This document shows positions 33,877 to 43,280 of a DNA stretch of 64,000 bases, piece after piece. The stretch covers positions 238,582 through 302,581 of the IMG/VR virus record IMGVR_UViG_3300028591_000072. One strand, given 5' to 3'. Source of the DNA: a virus. Taxonomy: Duplodnaviria; Caudoviricetes. Each line of letters opens with the position of its first letter. The first letter of the stretch is position 1. A program made the translations under genes and the position numbers. The notes below the pieces were generated by a model, which was given only the letters and a program-made list of their open reading frames with translations, was not told the DNA's origin and made no database searches.

Positions 33877-34812
33877 ATGTCAAATAATAAATTAAAGCAG
33901 CGTTTTGTAAAAGATTACAATCTTCCAATCAATGTGTTTGATGAAGAATTGTTTAATTATTATATGAATTTGTATCATTTTTTTCCTAAGGAAAAGTGGG
34001 AAAATTTGAAAAAAGACATACAAGACAAATATCGTGGGAATGTTGAAGTATGGCTTGAGTATTGCGCTGAAGTTAGGGATAAGGCCATTAATGGCGTTAT
34101 GGAAACTCAAGAATATAAAGAGTTCAACAACAGTGATTTATCAAAATATAAATTAACGAAAAATATTGGAGAGCATAGTTATTATACCAATGAAACAAAT
34201 GGGTGCAGGTTTGTGTCAATTGATTTGAAGAAGGCAAATTTCCAAGCCCTTAAATACGTTGGTGTTATCGGCGATAAGACATATGGTGATTTTATTGAGC
34301 GTTTTGATGGAAGCGATTACATTAAAGACAGCAAATATTTGAGACAGGTGATTTTTGGTAAGATGAATCCTGGCAGAATTATTACCATAGAAAAATATAT
34401 TATGGAAAAAATAATGTCAATTGCCGATGAGGTTTTACCTCCTGAGTTTAAATTATATTCTCAAAACAGCGATGAACTTGTATATAAACAGACAGGAAGT
34501 TTTTATGGTGACATAAGAATTATATGCGCTGTTATTGAAAAAATGGTTCTTGATAATTTTGGTGTTGAGGTACGTGCTGAATATGTTGAGGTTACAAAAC
34601 TTCCAATTGTTAATTGCAATGGTAATAATGTTGATGCTTTTGTCCGTAAGAACATTAATACGGGAGAAGAGGTTCTGAAAAAGGCATCAACAACATTTTA
34701 TCCGCAGATTTACAAATTATGGAAAGGAATGGAAATTGAAGATAGAGACCTTGTTTTCTATTTCGAGGACCAATTATGTAGATTTAATAATCCTTTAAAA
34801 TTGATTGAATAA
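33877..34812 (+). CDS. Hypothetical protein with polymerase-palm-like motifs
   Basis: FVSIDLKKANF and NSDELVY; function is speculative. Confidence 0.6.
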   Translation: MSNNKLKQRFVKDYNLPINVFDEELFNYYMNLYHFFPKEKWENLKKDIQDKYRGNVEVWLEYCAEVRDKAINGVMETQEYKEFNNSDLSKYKLTKNIGEHSYYTNETNGCRFVSIDLKKANFQALKYVGVIGDKTYGDFIERFDGSDYIKDSKYLRQVIFGKMNPGRIITIEKYIMEKIMSIADEVLPPEFKLYSQNSDELVYKQTGSFYGDIRIICAVIEKMVLDNFGVEVRAEYVEVTKLPIVNCNGNNVDAFVRKNINTGEEVLKKASTTFYPQIYKLWKGMEIEDRDLVFYFEDQLCRFNNPLKLIE

Positions 34813-35543
34813 TGAAAATAATTGCGAGTAGTGACTTTCATGGGCGTATGCCTGAAATAAAAGAGCCTTTTGACTTATTTTTGATATGTGGGGATATTTG
34901 TCCTGTGGAATGCCACGGAAAAAAATTCCAAGAAGATTGGCTTCAAAATGATTTTATTGAATGGGTTAATGGATTACCGTTTAAGACACCTTGGAGCAAA
35001 GTTGTTATGACTTGGGGAAATCATGATTTTTATGGCGAAAAATGTTCTGAAGATGATATGTTTATGCTTGAAAGACTAACAAATTTCAGGCTTAGAATAT
35101 TGAGGCATAATTCATATGAATTTGAGTTTCCTGTTAGTGATGGCATTGATTCTTTGAAAATTTTCGGAACGCCTTATTGCGGACAATTCGGAAGATGGGC
35201 ATTTATGGATGATGATGAGACACTTCGTCACCTTTTTACTGAAATACCAGATGATACTGATATTTTAATTAGTCACGATAGTCCAAACGTTTATGGGCTT
35301 GGAGATATTACACAAGGATATTGGAAACAATCAGGAACAGGAAACAGGGTTCTTTATGACCATGTATTGAGAGTGCGCCCTAAATTGTTTGTGTGTGGAC
35401 ATTTTCATAGTGGAAACCATCAATTGCAAAACATTGATGGAATATATATGGCAAATGTTTCATATATTAACGAAGATTATGAGCCATTTTGGGATGTTTT
35501 AACTATTTATTATGATGAAGAAGCAAGAAAAATAATTGAATAA
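34812..35543 (+). CDS. Calcineurin-like metallophosphoesterase
   Basis: SDFHG, CGD, GNHD, ISHDSP, CGHFH. Confidence 0.9.
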   Translation: MKIIASSDFHGRMPEIKEPFDLFLICGDICPVECHGKKFQEDWLQNDFIEWVNGLPFKTPWSKVVMTWGNHDFYGEKCSEDDMFMLERLTNFRLRILRHNSYEFEFPVSDGIDSLKIFGTPYCGQFGRWAFMDDDETLRHLFTEIPDDTDILISHDSPNVYGLGDITQGYWKQSGTGNRVLYDHVLRVRPKLFVCGHFHSGNHQLQNIDGIYMANVSYINEDYEPFWDVLTIYYDEEARKIIE

Positions 35544-35553
35544 AAAGAATAAT

Positions 35554-36681
35554 ATGGGAAAAGATTTTTTACTTGAAGTCAAGTCATTAATTAATAGAAT
35601 TGAAAATACAGAAACAATAAACGAAACAAAAGTTGGATTCAGGTTTATAGACAAAGCTGAAAATCTTCCTGATTTACTTGCCGGTCTAAAACCAGGCAAA
35701 ATGTTCACTTTTGGATACGTTAATGTGGCCCAAATTGTTGTACCAACAGTAAAAAGAAGAAATCCTGAAACAAATAGGATGAAATCATATGAAGATTACG
35801 CCCAACTTGGCAAAAATTTGGGAGAAGAAGGCGAAGTGGTAAATGTAATTAAATTATCAATGTATAATTTCCCATGGCAGGAACAAAACCGTGTAAAACA
35901 AAGATATTCAGATTGGAGGACTAAAAGGGATGAACTTGCAGGAAGATTTGGCGTTACATATGGAAAAGCAAGATATGGAACTGAAATGAATAATTTCGGT
36001 GGTGGTATAGAAAGTTACAAAGGAAATAATCCAGAACTTTCAGACCACACATATTTGAATTTCAATCTTCATAACATACGCCCATTTAATACTGCCTATT
36101 ATTTGCTTTTTGATGATGGTACAATTAAGCAAGTTGATGAAAAGAAATTGGAATTTAAAGCAAAAAATTCTTATGATGAACTTCAAAAATTAAGAGATGC
36201 CGGAGCAACAGAAGCGGATTTGGTATGCCTTATTGGTATGAATTATCATAAATTTGAAAATTCAAAGATTTTGTTCGTATCAGGAACTGAAATGGATGGT
36301 GTCCCAACACTTTTAATTAATGACAATTTATCTGATAAAATAAGCGGAATAGCTGGTGTAAATCGTGATGCAATTGTTCAAATTGCCAAAGATAGATATT
36401 CAAAAGTGCTTAATGTTCAAGAGGGAAAAGACATTATTTTCAATGAATTAATAAATGAAAACGAAGAATTTATTCCTCAAGGATATAAAGCAGATAGTAA
36501 TTTTGGGGGAAAAGAAATTCAAATAAGCAATAGTGGCGATGCTGCAAGAATTAGAACAAATTATAGCGGACAGCCAGATGAGCCTTCTGAATGGATGGAA
36601 ATACAATTCGATGATGAAGGCGTTGCATATGTGGATACGCCAAACGGTATTGAGAAGTTATCTGATTATATGAAATATTAA
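35554..36681 (+). CDS. Hypothetical protein, possible internal head protein
   Basis: Long ORF with LLE/INE sites; ACTATTTAT at 35502. Confidence 0.7.
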   Translation: MGKDFLLEVKSLINRIENTETINETKVGFRFIDKAENLPDLLAGLKPGKMFTFGYVNVAQIVVPTVKRRNPETNRMKSYEDYAQLGKNLGEEGEVVNVIKLSMYNFPWQEQNRVKQRYSDWRTKRDELAGRFGVTYGKARYGTEMNNFGGGIESYKGNNPELSDHTYLNFNLHNIRPFNTAYYLLFDDGTIKQVDEKKLEFKAKNSYDELQKLRDAGATEADLVCLIGMNYHKFENSKILFVSGTEMDGVPTLLINDNLSDKISGIAGVNRDAIVQIAKDRYSKVLNVQEGKDIIFNELINENEEFIPQGYKADSNFGGKEIQISNSGDAARIRTNYSGQPDEPSEWMEIQFDDEGVAYVDTPNGIEKLSDYMKY

Positions 36682-36782
36682 AGTGAATTATATGTAAGTT
36701 ATCATAAAGTCAGTCAGAAATGGCTGACTTTTTTTTGGTTTTTATTTTTATTTTTGTATATTAATTAAAAATTTAAGTTTTT

Positions 36783-37655
36783 ATGATTAGTAAAGAAGAT
36801 AGATTAAAGTTGTTTGTCAATGAACTTGACGATATTACCGAAGAAAATTTAAGGAAATTTGCTGAAGAGCTTATTTCCAATGCAGATGAATACTTTTTCA
36901 CTGTTGCTGCTTCAACAAGCGGTAAATACCATCCACAGTTTGACCTTGGCGAAGGTGGGCTTGTAAGGCACACAAGGTGTGTTGTGTTTTTTGCTGAGTG
37001 CGAATCAATTTCAAGAATGTTTACTGACCACGAAAAGAATCTTATGATTGTTGCGGCCATAGCACATGACATAAAGAAATTGGGTGATGGAAAGGGAAAA
37101 CATACGGTTGATGACCATCCAAGATTTGCGGCTGAATACATTAACGACACAAATAAGAGAACTGAGTTGTTAAGCGCAGATGATGAGAATATTTTGGCTA
37201 ATATGGTATTATCACATATGGGTAAATGGGGGCATGAAAAGATTGCTGATTTACCATTGCCAAAGACAGAATTGGAAAAGGCATTACAAGCGGCAGACTA
37301 TATTGCAAGCAGAAAAGAACTTCTTGGGTTTGATTTTAGACCGACAGAAAAAGTTGATATTAAAATTGACCCCGTTAAGCCTTGTGATTTTGTCGTTGGC
37401 TTCGGAAAACATTCCGGAAAAACAATAAAGCAAATATATGAAGAAGGTAAAAAAGGTGACACATATCTTCATTGGATGATGAAGCAGGAAGAGTTCAATA
37501 ACCAAGAAGCACGATTAAACGGAATGCTTTATCTTTATGAACTTGGAGAGTTGCCAAAGCAATATGAAAAGGAAATAAGCAATGAGCCACAAAAAGAAGA
37601 AACAACTATTGTTGAACAAAATCAATCAGCGCCTGAAGATGATTTACCATTTTAA
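36783..37655 (+). CDS. HD-domain phosphohydrolase with FGKHxG module and DDLPF tail
   Basis: GKYHP...GGLVRHT, AHDIKK, HMG, ADY; FGKHSGKTI; ends EDDLPF. Confidence 0.85.
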   Translation: MISKEDRLKLFVNELDDITEENLRKFAEELISNADEYFFTVAASTSGKYHPQFDLGEGGLVRHTRCVVFFAECESISRMFTDHEKNLMIVAAIAHDIKKLGDGKGKHTVDDHPRFAAEYINDTNKRTELLSADDENILANMVLSHMGKWGHEKIADLPLPKTELEKALQAADYIASRKELLGFDFRPTEKVDIKIDPVKPCDFVVGFGKHSGKTIKQIYEEGKKGDTYLHWMMKQEEFNNQEARLNGMLYLYELGELPKQYEKEISNEPQKEETTIVEQNQSAPEDDLPF

Positions 37656-37685
37656 TACTATTTAATAATCTAAAATGGTTTAATT

Positions 37686-37868
37686 ATGAAAATAGCAAAG
37701 ATTACTGTCTTTGATGACGGAAAAAGTGTAGTTACACTAAAAGATGGGTTGTTTGAAGAGTGGTACTGGGGTGATGAATTTGTTGACGAAGCAAAAGCAA
37801 AAGACTACACTAAATCGCTCAAATGTACATTTACTCTTGTAGAACACGAACACGAAAATAAAAGTTGA
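37686..37868 (+). CDS. Small hypothetical protein
   Basis: 60-aa ORF after an actattta motif. Confidence 0.55.
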   Translation: MKIAKITVFDDGKSVVTLKDGLFEEWYWGDEFVDEAKAKDYTKSLKCTFTLVEHEHENKS

Positions 37869-37913
37869 AATTAATTTGTAGATTTCAACTTTTTTTGTAT
37901 ATTTGTAATAGTT

Positions 37914-37930
37914 TGGCATGATATTTGATA
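37914..37930 (+). promoter_or_regulatory. Sigma-54-like promoter just downstream of a TAnnTTTG-type promoter
   Basis: TGGCATG-ATAT-TTGATA. Confidence 0.65.
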
Positions 37931-37969
37931 GTGGTATGGTACAACATTAAAATTTAATTAAATATTAAA

Positions 37970-38305
37970 ATGACGCACGAAGAATTGAAAAAGGCCGTTA
38001 ATGACGTTAACGAGTATTACAGAAAACAAATCGAAGAACTTGAAAGCAAAAAGAAGTCATTTGTTCAACAGCTAATGAATGATTGGGCCAATGAAAACTC
38101 AGAATTTAAAGTTGGTAACATCATCGAATCAAATATGAATGTCATTAAAGTCACAAAAATCACTGGTGAATATTCAAAATATGATTCATATTTTTATCCT
38201 GTTTACCATGGAATTATGCTGACAAAGCAATTTAAGCCAAGAAAAGACGGTTCCACTTTTACAATTTATGGCAATAAAGGAAGAGTAATAACTAAACTTA
38301 AATAA
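37970..38305 (+). CDS. Hypothetical protein
   Basis: 111-aa ORF. Confidence 0.7.
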   Translation: MTHEELKKAVNDVNEYYRKQIEELESKKKSFVQQLMNDWANENSEFKVGNIIESNMNVIKVTKITGEYSKYDSYFYPVYHGIMLTKQFKPRKDGSTFTIYGNKGRVITKLK

Positions 38306-38309
38306 AGAA

Positions 38310-38933
38310 ATGACAACGAATAACATTTTTATTTTATTATTAATTCTTGGAATTCTATTCTTGTGTGTTGCAATTTCAAAATTATTAAAAAGAAAAAATT
38401 GCAATCATTCTACAGGGAAGATGCATAATTTTCCTGTAAATGTAGATGGCAAGGAATATTGGATTAGTCGTTCCAATGCTGTTGTTGGTATTGTTTTCAA
38501 ATGGGAAAATGGCCAATATCACATTCTTGCTAACAAGAGAGGTAAGGGATGTCCTGATTATGTTGGTAAGTGGAACATAACATGTGGATATGTTGATTAT
38601 GATGAAAGCATTTTTGATGCTGTTTCAAGAGAAATATTTGAAGAAACAGGACTTTTAGTTCCTAAAAAAGATTGGAAATTATGGGTTGTAAACAGTGACC
38701 CTTCCGATGAAAAGCAGACAATATCTTTCAGATTTTATACCATTTATTGGAATGGATATGGAAATCTCACATCAGAAAATTCAGAGCCTAATGAGGTTGA
38801 TGAAATCAAGTGGATTCCATTTAGCAAAGTAGAAAACTATGAATGGGCATTTAATCAATTGCAAGTTATTAAGGATTTCATTGAAGAAGTGGAATCTGGA
38901 GAATTATCTAATGAAAAAGTAAAAGTGTATTAA
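38310..38933 (+). CDS. Membrane-anchored NUDIX hydrolase
   Basis: N-terminal TM; Nudix box GYVDYDESIFDAVSREIFEETGL. Confidence 0.9.
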   Translation: MTTNNIFILLLILGILFLCVAISKLLKRKNCNHSTGKMHNFPVNVDGKEYWISRSNAVVGIVFKWENGQYHILANKRGKGCPDYVGKWNITCGYVDYDESIFDAVSREIFEETGLLVPKKDWKLWVVNSDPSDEKQTISFRFYTIYWNGYGNLTSENSEPNEVDEIKWIPFSKVENYEWAFNQLQVIKDFIEEVESGELSNEKVKVY

Positions 38934-38935
38934 AT

Positions 38936-39136
38936 ATGAACATTGAAGAATTTAAAAACTTTGTAAAAAAAGAGAATCCTTTTAAATTGGATAGCATTGA
39001 TATGGAACACGGCAGAATGACAATCCATAGATGTAACATTAACAAGTATTTAGAACAATACGCTTGTAAGAACGAAGAGGATTTAAATGACACGCTATGG
39101 TATTCTTATGGCTGTTTGGTAACAGTTATTGATTAA
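38936..39136 (+). CDS. Small hypothetical protein
   Basis: 66-aa ORF in operon. Confidence 0.6.
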   Translation: MNIEEFKNFVKKENPFKLDSIDMEHGRMTIHRCNINKYLEQYACKNEEDLNDTLWYSYGCLVTVID

Positions 39137-39209
39137 TTTTTTTTGGAAATTGAAAAATAATTTGTATATTAATTGAAAAACTTATAAATTAACTTTAAAA
39201 AAATAATTT

Positions 39210-40358
39210 ATGTCACAGGTATTTTTAAGACGAGGTGATTTTTATTCACAAACCGAAGGTAATTTTGAGGTAATGCCAACACTTGATGATGGTATTTACC
39301 AAATACACCAAAACCCAATGACTGGCGAAATTTTCCTTGAGAGAATTGCCGATAAGTTTTATTTTGGGTTTAAACTTTACGGCATTGATGAAACATTTGT
39401 TACTCATGTATTGGATACATATAGTAAACAAGCATCAAAGCATAATTTGGGCGTTCTTTTGAATGGGGCAAAAGGAACAGGAAAAACTGTTACGGCAAAA
39501 ATGCTTTGTAACAAACTTGGTTTGCCGGTACTGATTGTTGACAAGCCGCTTCAAGGCCTTTCAAACTTTTTAGCAGGAATTAATCACGATTGCGTGTTTT
39601 TGTTTGACGAGTTTGAAAAGAATTTTAGATTGACAGATGACGATGGCGAAGATAGGGCTGGCGAATCTTTGCTTTCAATTATGGACGGTGTATATAATGG
39701 TGAAAATTGCCATATTTTCATTATGACAACAAATGAACTTAGGGTTAATGATAATTTGCTTAGTAGACCCTCACGTATTAGATATTTGAAGTCATTTGGC
39801 GATGTCATTGATAGGAAGATTCTTGAAGAGTACGTTGATGACAATCTTAAATATCCACAATACAGGGATGAGATTATGGATTTCTTTGACACATTAACAA
39901 TTGGAACCATTGACATTTTGCAAAGCCTTGTTGATGAAGTTAATCTTCATAATTGTGGGGTTTCTGAGTTCAAGGATTTCTTTAATGTTAAAGAAGCCCA
40001 TTATAGTTACTCTTGCAAGTATTGGAACATTGATTTGACCGAAAAGGACAATCCAACGCTTGAAGAGTTCATTAAACACGCTAAGGCCCCTTATAGTAAG
40101 GAACTTGATTGGAGGCCAAATTGGACAACTCTTAAACTTAAAAAGAGCATTAAGAGATATAAGGTTGGCGAATTCATCAATGAACGCTATAAGATTGAAG
40201 AAATGCACCTTGATAAGAGCGTAATCGTTCTTGTTGACACAAGATATAAAAATAATAAGCAATTTTATTATTTTGAGGATGTTGACGAAAAGCCAAGCAT
40301 CTACGACACAAATTATAGATACACCTACGGATATGGTGGATACTATGATTATGATTAA
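39210..40358 (+). CDS. AAA+ ATPase
   Basis: GAKGTGKT, LFDEFEK, TTN sensor, RPSR arginine finger. Confidence 0.9.
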   Translation: MSQVFLRRGDFYSQTEGNFEVMPTLDDGIYQIHQNPMTGEIFLERIADKFYFGFKLYGIDETFVTHVLDTYSKQASKHNLGVLLNGAKGTGKTVTAKMLCNKLGLPVLIVDKPLQGLSNFLAGINHDCVFLFDEFEKNFRLTDDDGEDRAGESLLSIMDGVYNGENCHIFIMTTNELRVNDNLLSRPSRIRYLKSFGDVIDRKILEEYVDDNLKYPQYRDEIMDFFDTLTIGTIDILQSLVDEVNLHNCGVSEFKDFFNVKEAHYSYSCKYWNIDLTEKDNPTLEEFIKHAKAPYSKELDWRPNWTTLKLKKSIKRYKVGEFINERYKIEEMHLDKSVIVLVDTRYKNNKQFYYFEDVDEKPSIYDTNYRYTYGYGGYYDYD

Positions 40359-40402
40359 TAATAACTAATAAAAATTTAAAAAAACTTAAAAATTAAAAAA
40401 GT

Positions 40403-41524
40403 ATGAAGAGAATTTTTTATTTTTTGATGGCTGCATTTATGATTATGAATGTTGCAGCAAATGCACAAACAATTAAAAATGATGGTGTGTTTTCACACAT
40501 GTACATTGGACTTAACTGTGGCGCAAACCAAAAAACCGTTTCAGATTACTCAAATTGGAATAACGGATTTAAAGAAGGTCTTAAGTCGCTTACTTATAAT
40601 GCCGGTATTGAACTTGGAAAGGATGTTACTCCAATTACAGGGTTTTCATTGCAAGGTGTTGTTTCACCCATCTATCACAATGTGACTAATGGTTCTGGTG
40701 AGTGGAAAATGAATCGTTCAGACGTTTTCGGAAATATAAAGTTCAATCTAATGAACTTATTTGGCGGATACAAAGGCTATCCGAGACGTGTTGAAATTAG
40801 AACAGTTACCGGTATCGGTTGGAATCATGATTTTGAAATCCCAAAAAATGACTTAGCTTTACAAGCAGGACTTGAATTTGATTTTAACCTTGGAAAGAAC
40901 CGTTCATGGTACATCACTTTCACCCCAATGGTGCAAGCGAATGAAATTCTTAAAGGTGAAGAGATTCAATATTTATGGACAGGTGGGCCAAATAAAGACA
41001 AAGCAGCTGACTTGAAAGCCAATATTGGTGTTGCATATCGTTTTGGCCGTGGAAACAAATCACATAATTTCACTATTTGCCCTTATACCTATACGGATGA
41101 ACAATACGCTGAACTTTATAACATGTATGATGAGTGCATGAATAGACCAACAGAAACAACTACGGATACGATTATCGTAGAAAAGATTGTTGAAACGGTT
41201 GTCGAAAAGGTGATTGAAAAGCCGGCAAATACATTTATTGATTTTGAAATTGGGACATCAAAATTAAATCCAACGGCGCAAAGAACAATTGATTTCTTTG
41301 TTGGTCAGGCTGAAAACTTTAAAGACGAAAAGATTAAGGTTATCGGTTCAGCAGATAGTAAAACAGGAACAAAGAAATTGAATGAAAGACTTGCTAATGA
41401 ACGTGCAAATGTAGTAGCTTCTGAATTGGTAAAGGAAGGATTCAAGAACGTTGTTACTGAAGTTGTAATTGACGTTGATGAAGTTGCTGAATCAAGCAGA
41501 TGCGCAATCATTGTTATGGAATGA
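40403..41524 (+). CDS. ompA: OmpA-family outer membrane protein (Bacteroidales type)
   Basis: Signal peptide, beta-barrel with NLMNLFGGY, C-terminal GSADSKTG..LNERLANERANVV. Confidence 0.85.
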   Translation: MKRIFYFLMAAFMIMNVAANAQTIKNDGVFSHMYIGLNCGANQKTVSDYSNWNNGFKEGLKSLTYNAGIELGKDVTPITGFSLQGVVSPIYHNVTNGSGEWKMNRSDVFGNIKFNLMNLFGGYKGYPRRVEIRTVTGIGWNHDFEIPKNDLALQAGLEFDFNLGKNRSWYITFTPMVQANEILKGEEIQYLWTGGPNKDKAADLKANIGVAYRFGRGNKSHNFTICPYTYTDEQYAELYNMYDECMNRPTETTTDTIIVEKIVETVVEKVIEKPANTFIDFEIGTSKLNPTAQRTIDFFVGQAENFKDEKIKVIGSADSKTGTKKLNERLANERANVVASELVKEGFKNVVTEVVIDVDEVAESSRCAIIVME

Positions 41525-41735
41525 TAATAATGCTTTTTGTAAAATAAAAGGTGGCGAATTATTTACCACCTTTTTTTGTTTGTAATATTCATATTGTTTT
41601 AATTGTGTTTCCATACAAGTTAATTGTCCATTCTTCAGGCTTGCTTATCAATTCCATTTATTGATTTTTTATAAATATATTATTGATTTTTTAAAAAAAT
41701 ATTTGTATTTTTATAGAAAAGTAAATTTATTTGTT

Positions 41736-42194
41736 ATGAGTTTAGAAGAAATAATTCAAAATGATTTGTTGAATGCAACAAAAGAAAAAGATACGTCTAA
41801 AGTAGATGCATTAAGACTTGTAAAGTCAGAAATAATGAAGGCAAGAACGGCGCCTGGTTTTGACGAAAGCAAATTTAACGATGAAGCCGTAATGAAGATT
41901 TTGCAAAAAATGTGTAAGGAACGTGAAGAATCTTCTGAAATCTATAAATCAAATAACAGAGAAGACTTAGCTGAAAAAGAACTTTCTGAAAAAAAAATAA
42001 TAAGTAACTATTTACCAAGACAAGCTTCCGAAAAGGAAGTTGAAGCGGTTGTTAAAAGCATTATTTGCGAACTTGGTGCAAAATCCATGAAAGACATGGG
42101 TAGGGTAATCAAAATTGTCTCAAATGAACTTGGTAGCCGTTCAGATGGAAAAACCATAAGTGAAATTGTTAAAAATGCATTATCCCAAAAATAA
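41736..42194 (+). CDS. yqeY: GatB/YqeY domain protein
   Basis: REES..IY..NNREDLAEKE..E..II..YLP...SMKDMGRV...DGK. Confidence 0.9.
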   Translation: MSLEEIIQNDLLNATKEKDTSKVDALRLVKSEIMKARTAPGFDESKFNDEAVMKILQKMCKEREESSEIYKSNNREDLAEKELSEKKIISNYLPRQASEKEVEAVVKSIICELGAKSMKDMGRVIKIVSNELGSRSDGKTISEIVKNALSQK

Positions 42195-42248
42195 TGAGTT
42201 GTGCCTATTTTTTTTATTTAGGTACTACTTATAATAAAAATATTATTA

Positions 42249-43274
42249 ATGGGTAATACGGCAAAAAAAACTTCAGAAATTTTTATTAATCAGGCAAAAC
42301 AAATTCATGGTGATAAATATGATTATTCAAAAGTTGAGTATGTAAACCAAAAAACTAAGGTGTGTATTATATGTCCTAAGCACGGTGAATTTTGGCAAAC
42401 ACCTAAGTCACACTTAATGGGTCATGGGTGTAGACTTTGTGGAAATGATAAGTGTAGTACTGTAAACAAGGGAATAAAAAAACCGTATTTTAAACGCATA
42501 AAATATAATAATGATACCTTTAAAATTGAGGCAAAAAAAATCCATGGTGATAAATATGATTATTCAAAAGTTGAGTATGTAAATAATCGTACTCCAATTT
42601 GTATAATTTGCCCTAAGCACGGTGAATTTTGGCAGAGGCCATACGACCATATAGATGGTAAATCAGGCTGTCCAAAATGTGCAAATGAAAAACGACATGA
42701 TTTTTTTGTTGAAAAAAAAGACAATTTTATAAAAAAATCAACCTTGCTGTTTTTAGGCAGATATTCTTATAATAAAGTTACTTATTACAATAATTCAACC
42801 AAAGTAATAATAACATGTCCAACTCATGGCGATTTTTTATGTACACCTCAGAATCATTTAAAAGGAAGAGGGTGCCCAATATGTAAGGTAGAATTGTATG
42901 TGTATGAAAATAGATTGTATATACTTCTTTTGACACTGTTTAAAGAAGATGAAATAAAAAGACAATATAAAGACACATGGCTTACAAATAACAAATCACT
43001 TGATTTTTTTATACCAAAATATATGATAGCTGTAGAACATCAAGGTGAACAACATGCAAATCCTGTTGCAATATTTGGTGGAATAGAAAAATTCAACAGA
43101 ACAAGAGAACTAGATATTGAAAAATATAATGAATGTAAACAGAATAATGTTAATTTGCTTTATTTTTCATATCAACCAAATGTTCATTTTGATGGATTTA
43201 TTGACAAAGTATTTTTAGATGAAAACAGTTTTATTAATAAAATAAAAGAAATAATAAATAATTTTAATAAATAA
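42249..43274 (+). CDS. Homing endonuclease with HG.KYDYS...CP.HG.F Zn-binding repeats and PD-(D/E)xK-like domain (Hef-like)
   Basis: Three repeats; LDFFIP....AVEHQGEQH. Confidence 0.82.
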   Translation: MGNTAKKTSEIFINQAKQIHGDKYDYSKVEYVNQKTKVCIICPKHGEFWQTPKSHLMGHGCRLCGNDKCSTVNKGIKKPYFKRIKYNNDTFKIEAKKIHGDKYDYSKVEYVNNRTPICIICPKHGEFWQRPYDHIDGKSGCPKCANEKRHDFFVEKKDNFIKKSTLLFLGRYSYNKVTYYNNSTKVIITCPTHGDFLCTPQNHLKGRGCPICKVELYVYENRLYILLLTLFKEDEIKRQYKDTWLTNNKSLDFFIPKYMIAVEHQGEQHANPVAIFGGIEKFNRTRELDIEKYNECKQNNVNLLYFSYQPNVHFDGFIDKVFLDENSFINKIKEIINNFNK

Positions 43275-43280
43275 TCAATT

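Noticed and set aside
39210-40358. AAA+ ATPase as the sigma-54 activator
   Set aside because: No GAFTGA loop; motifs fit a classical AAA clade
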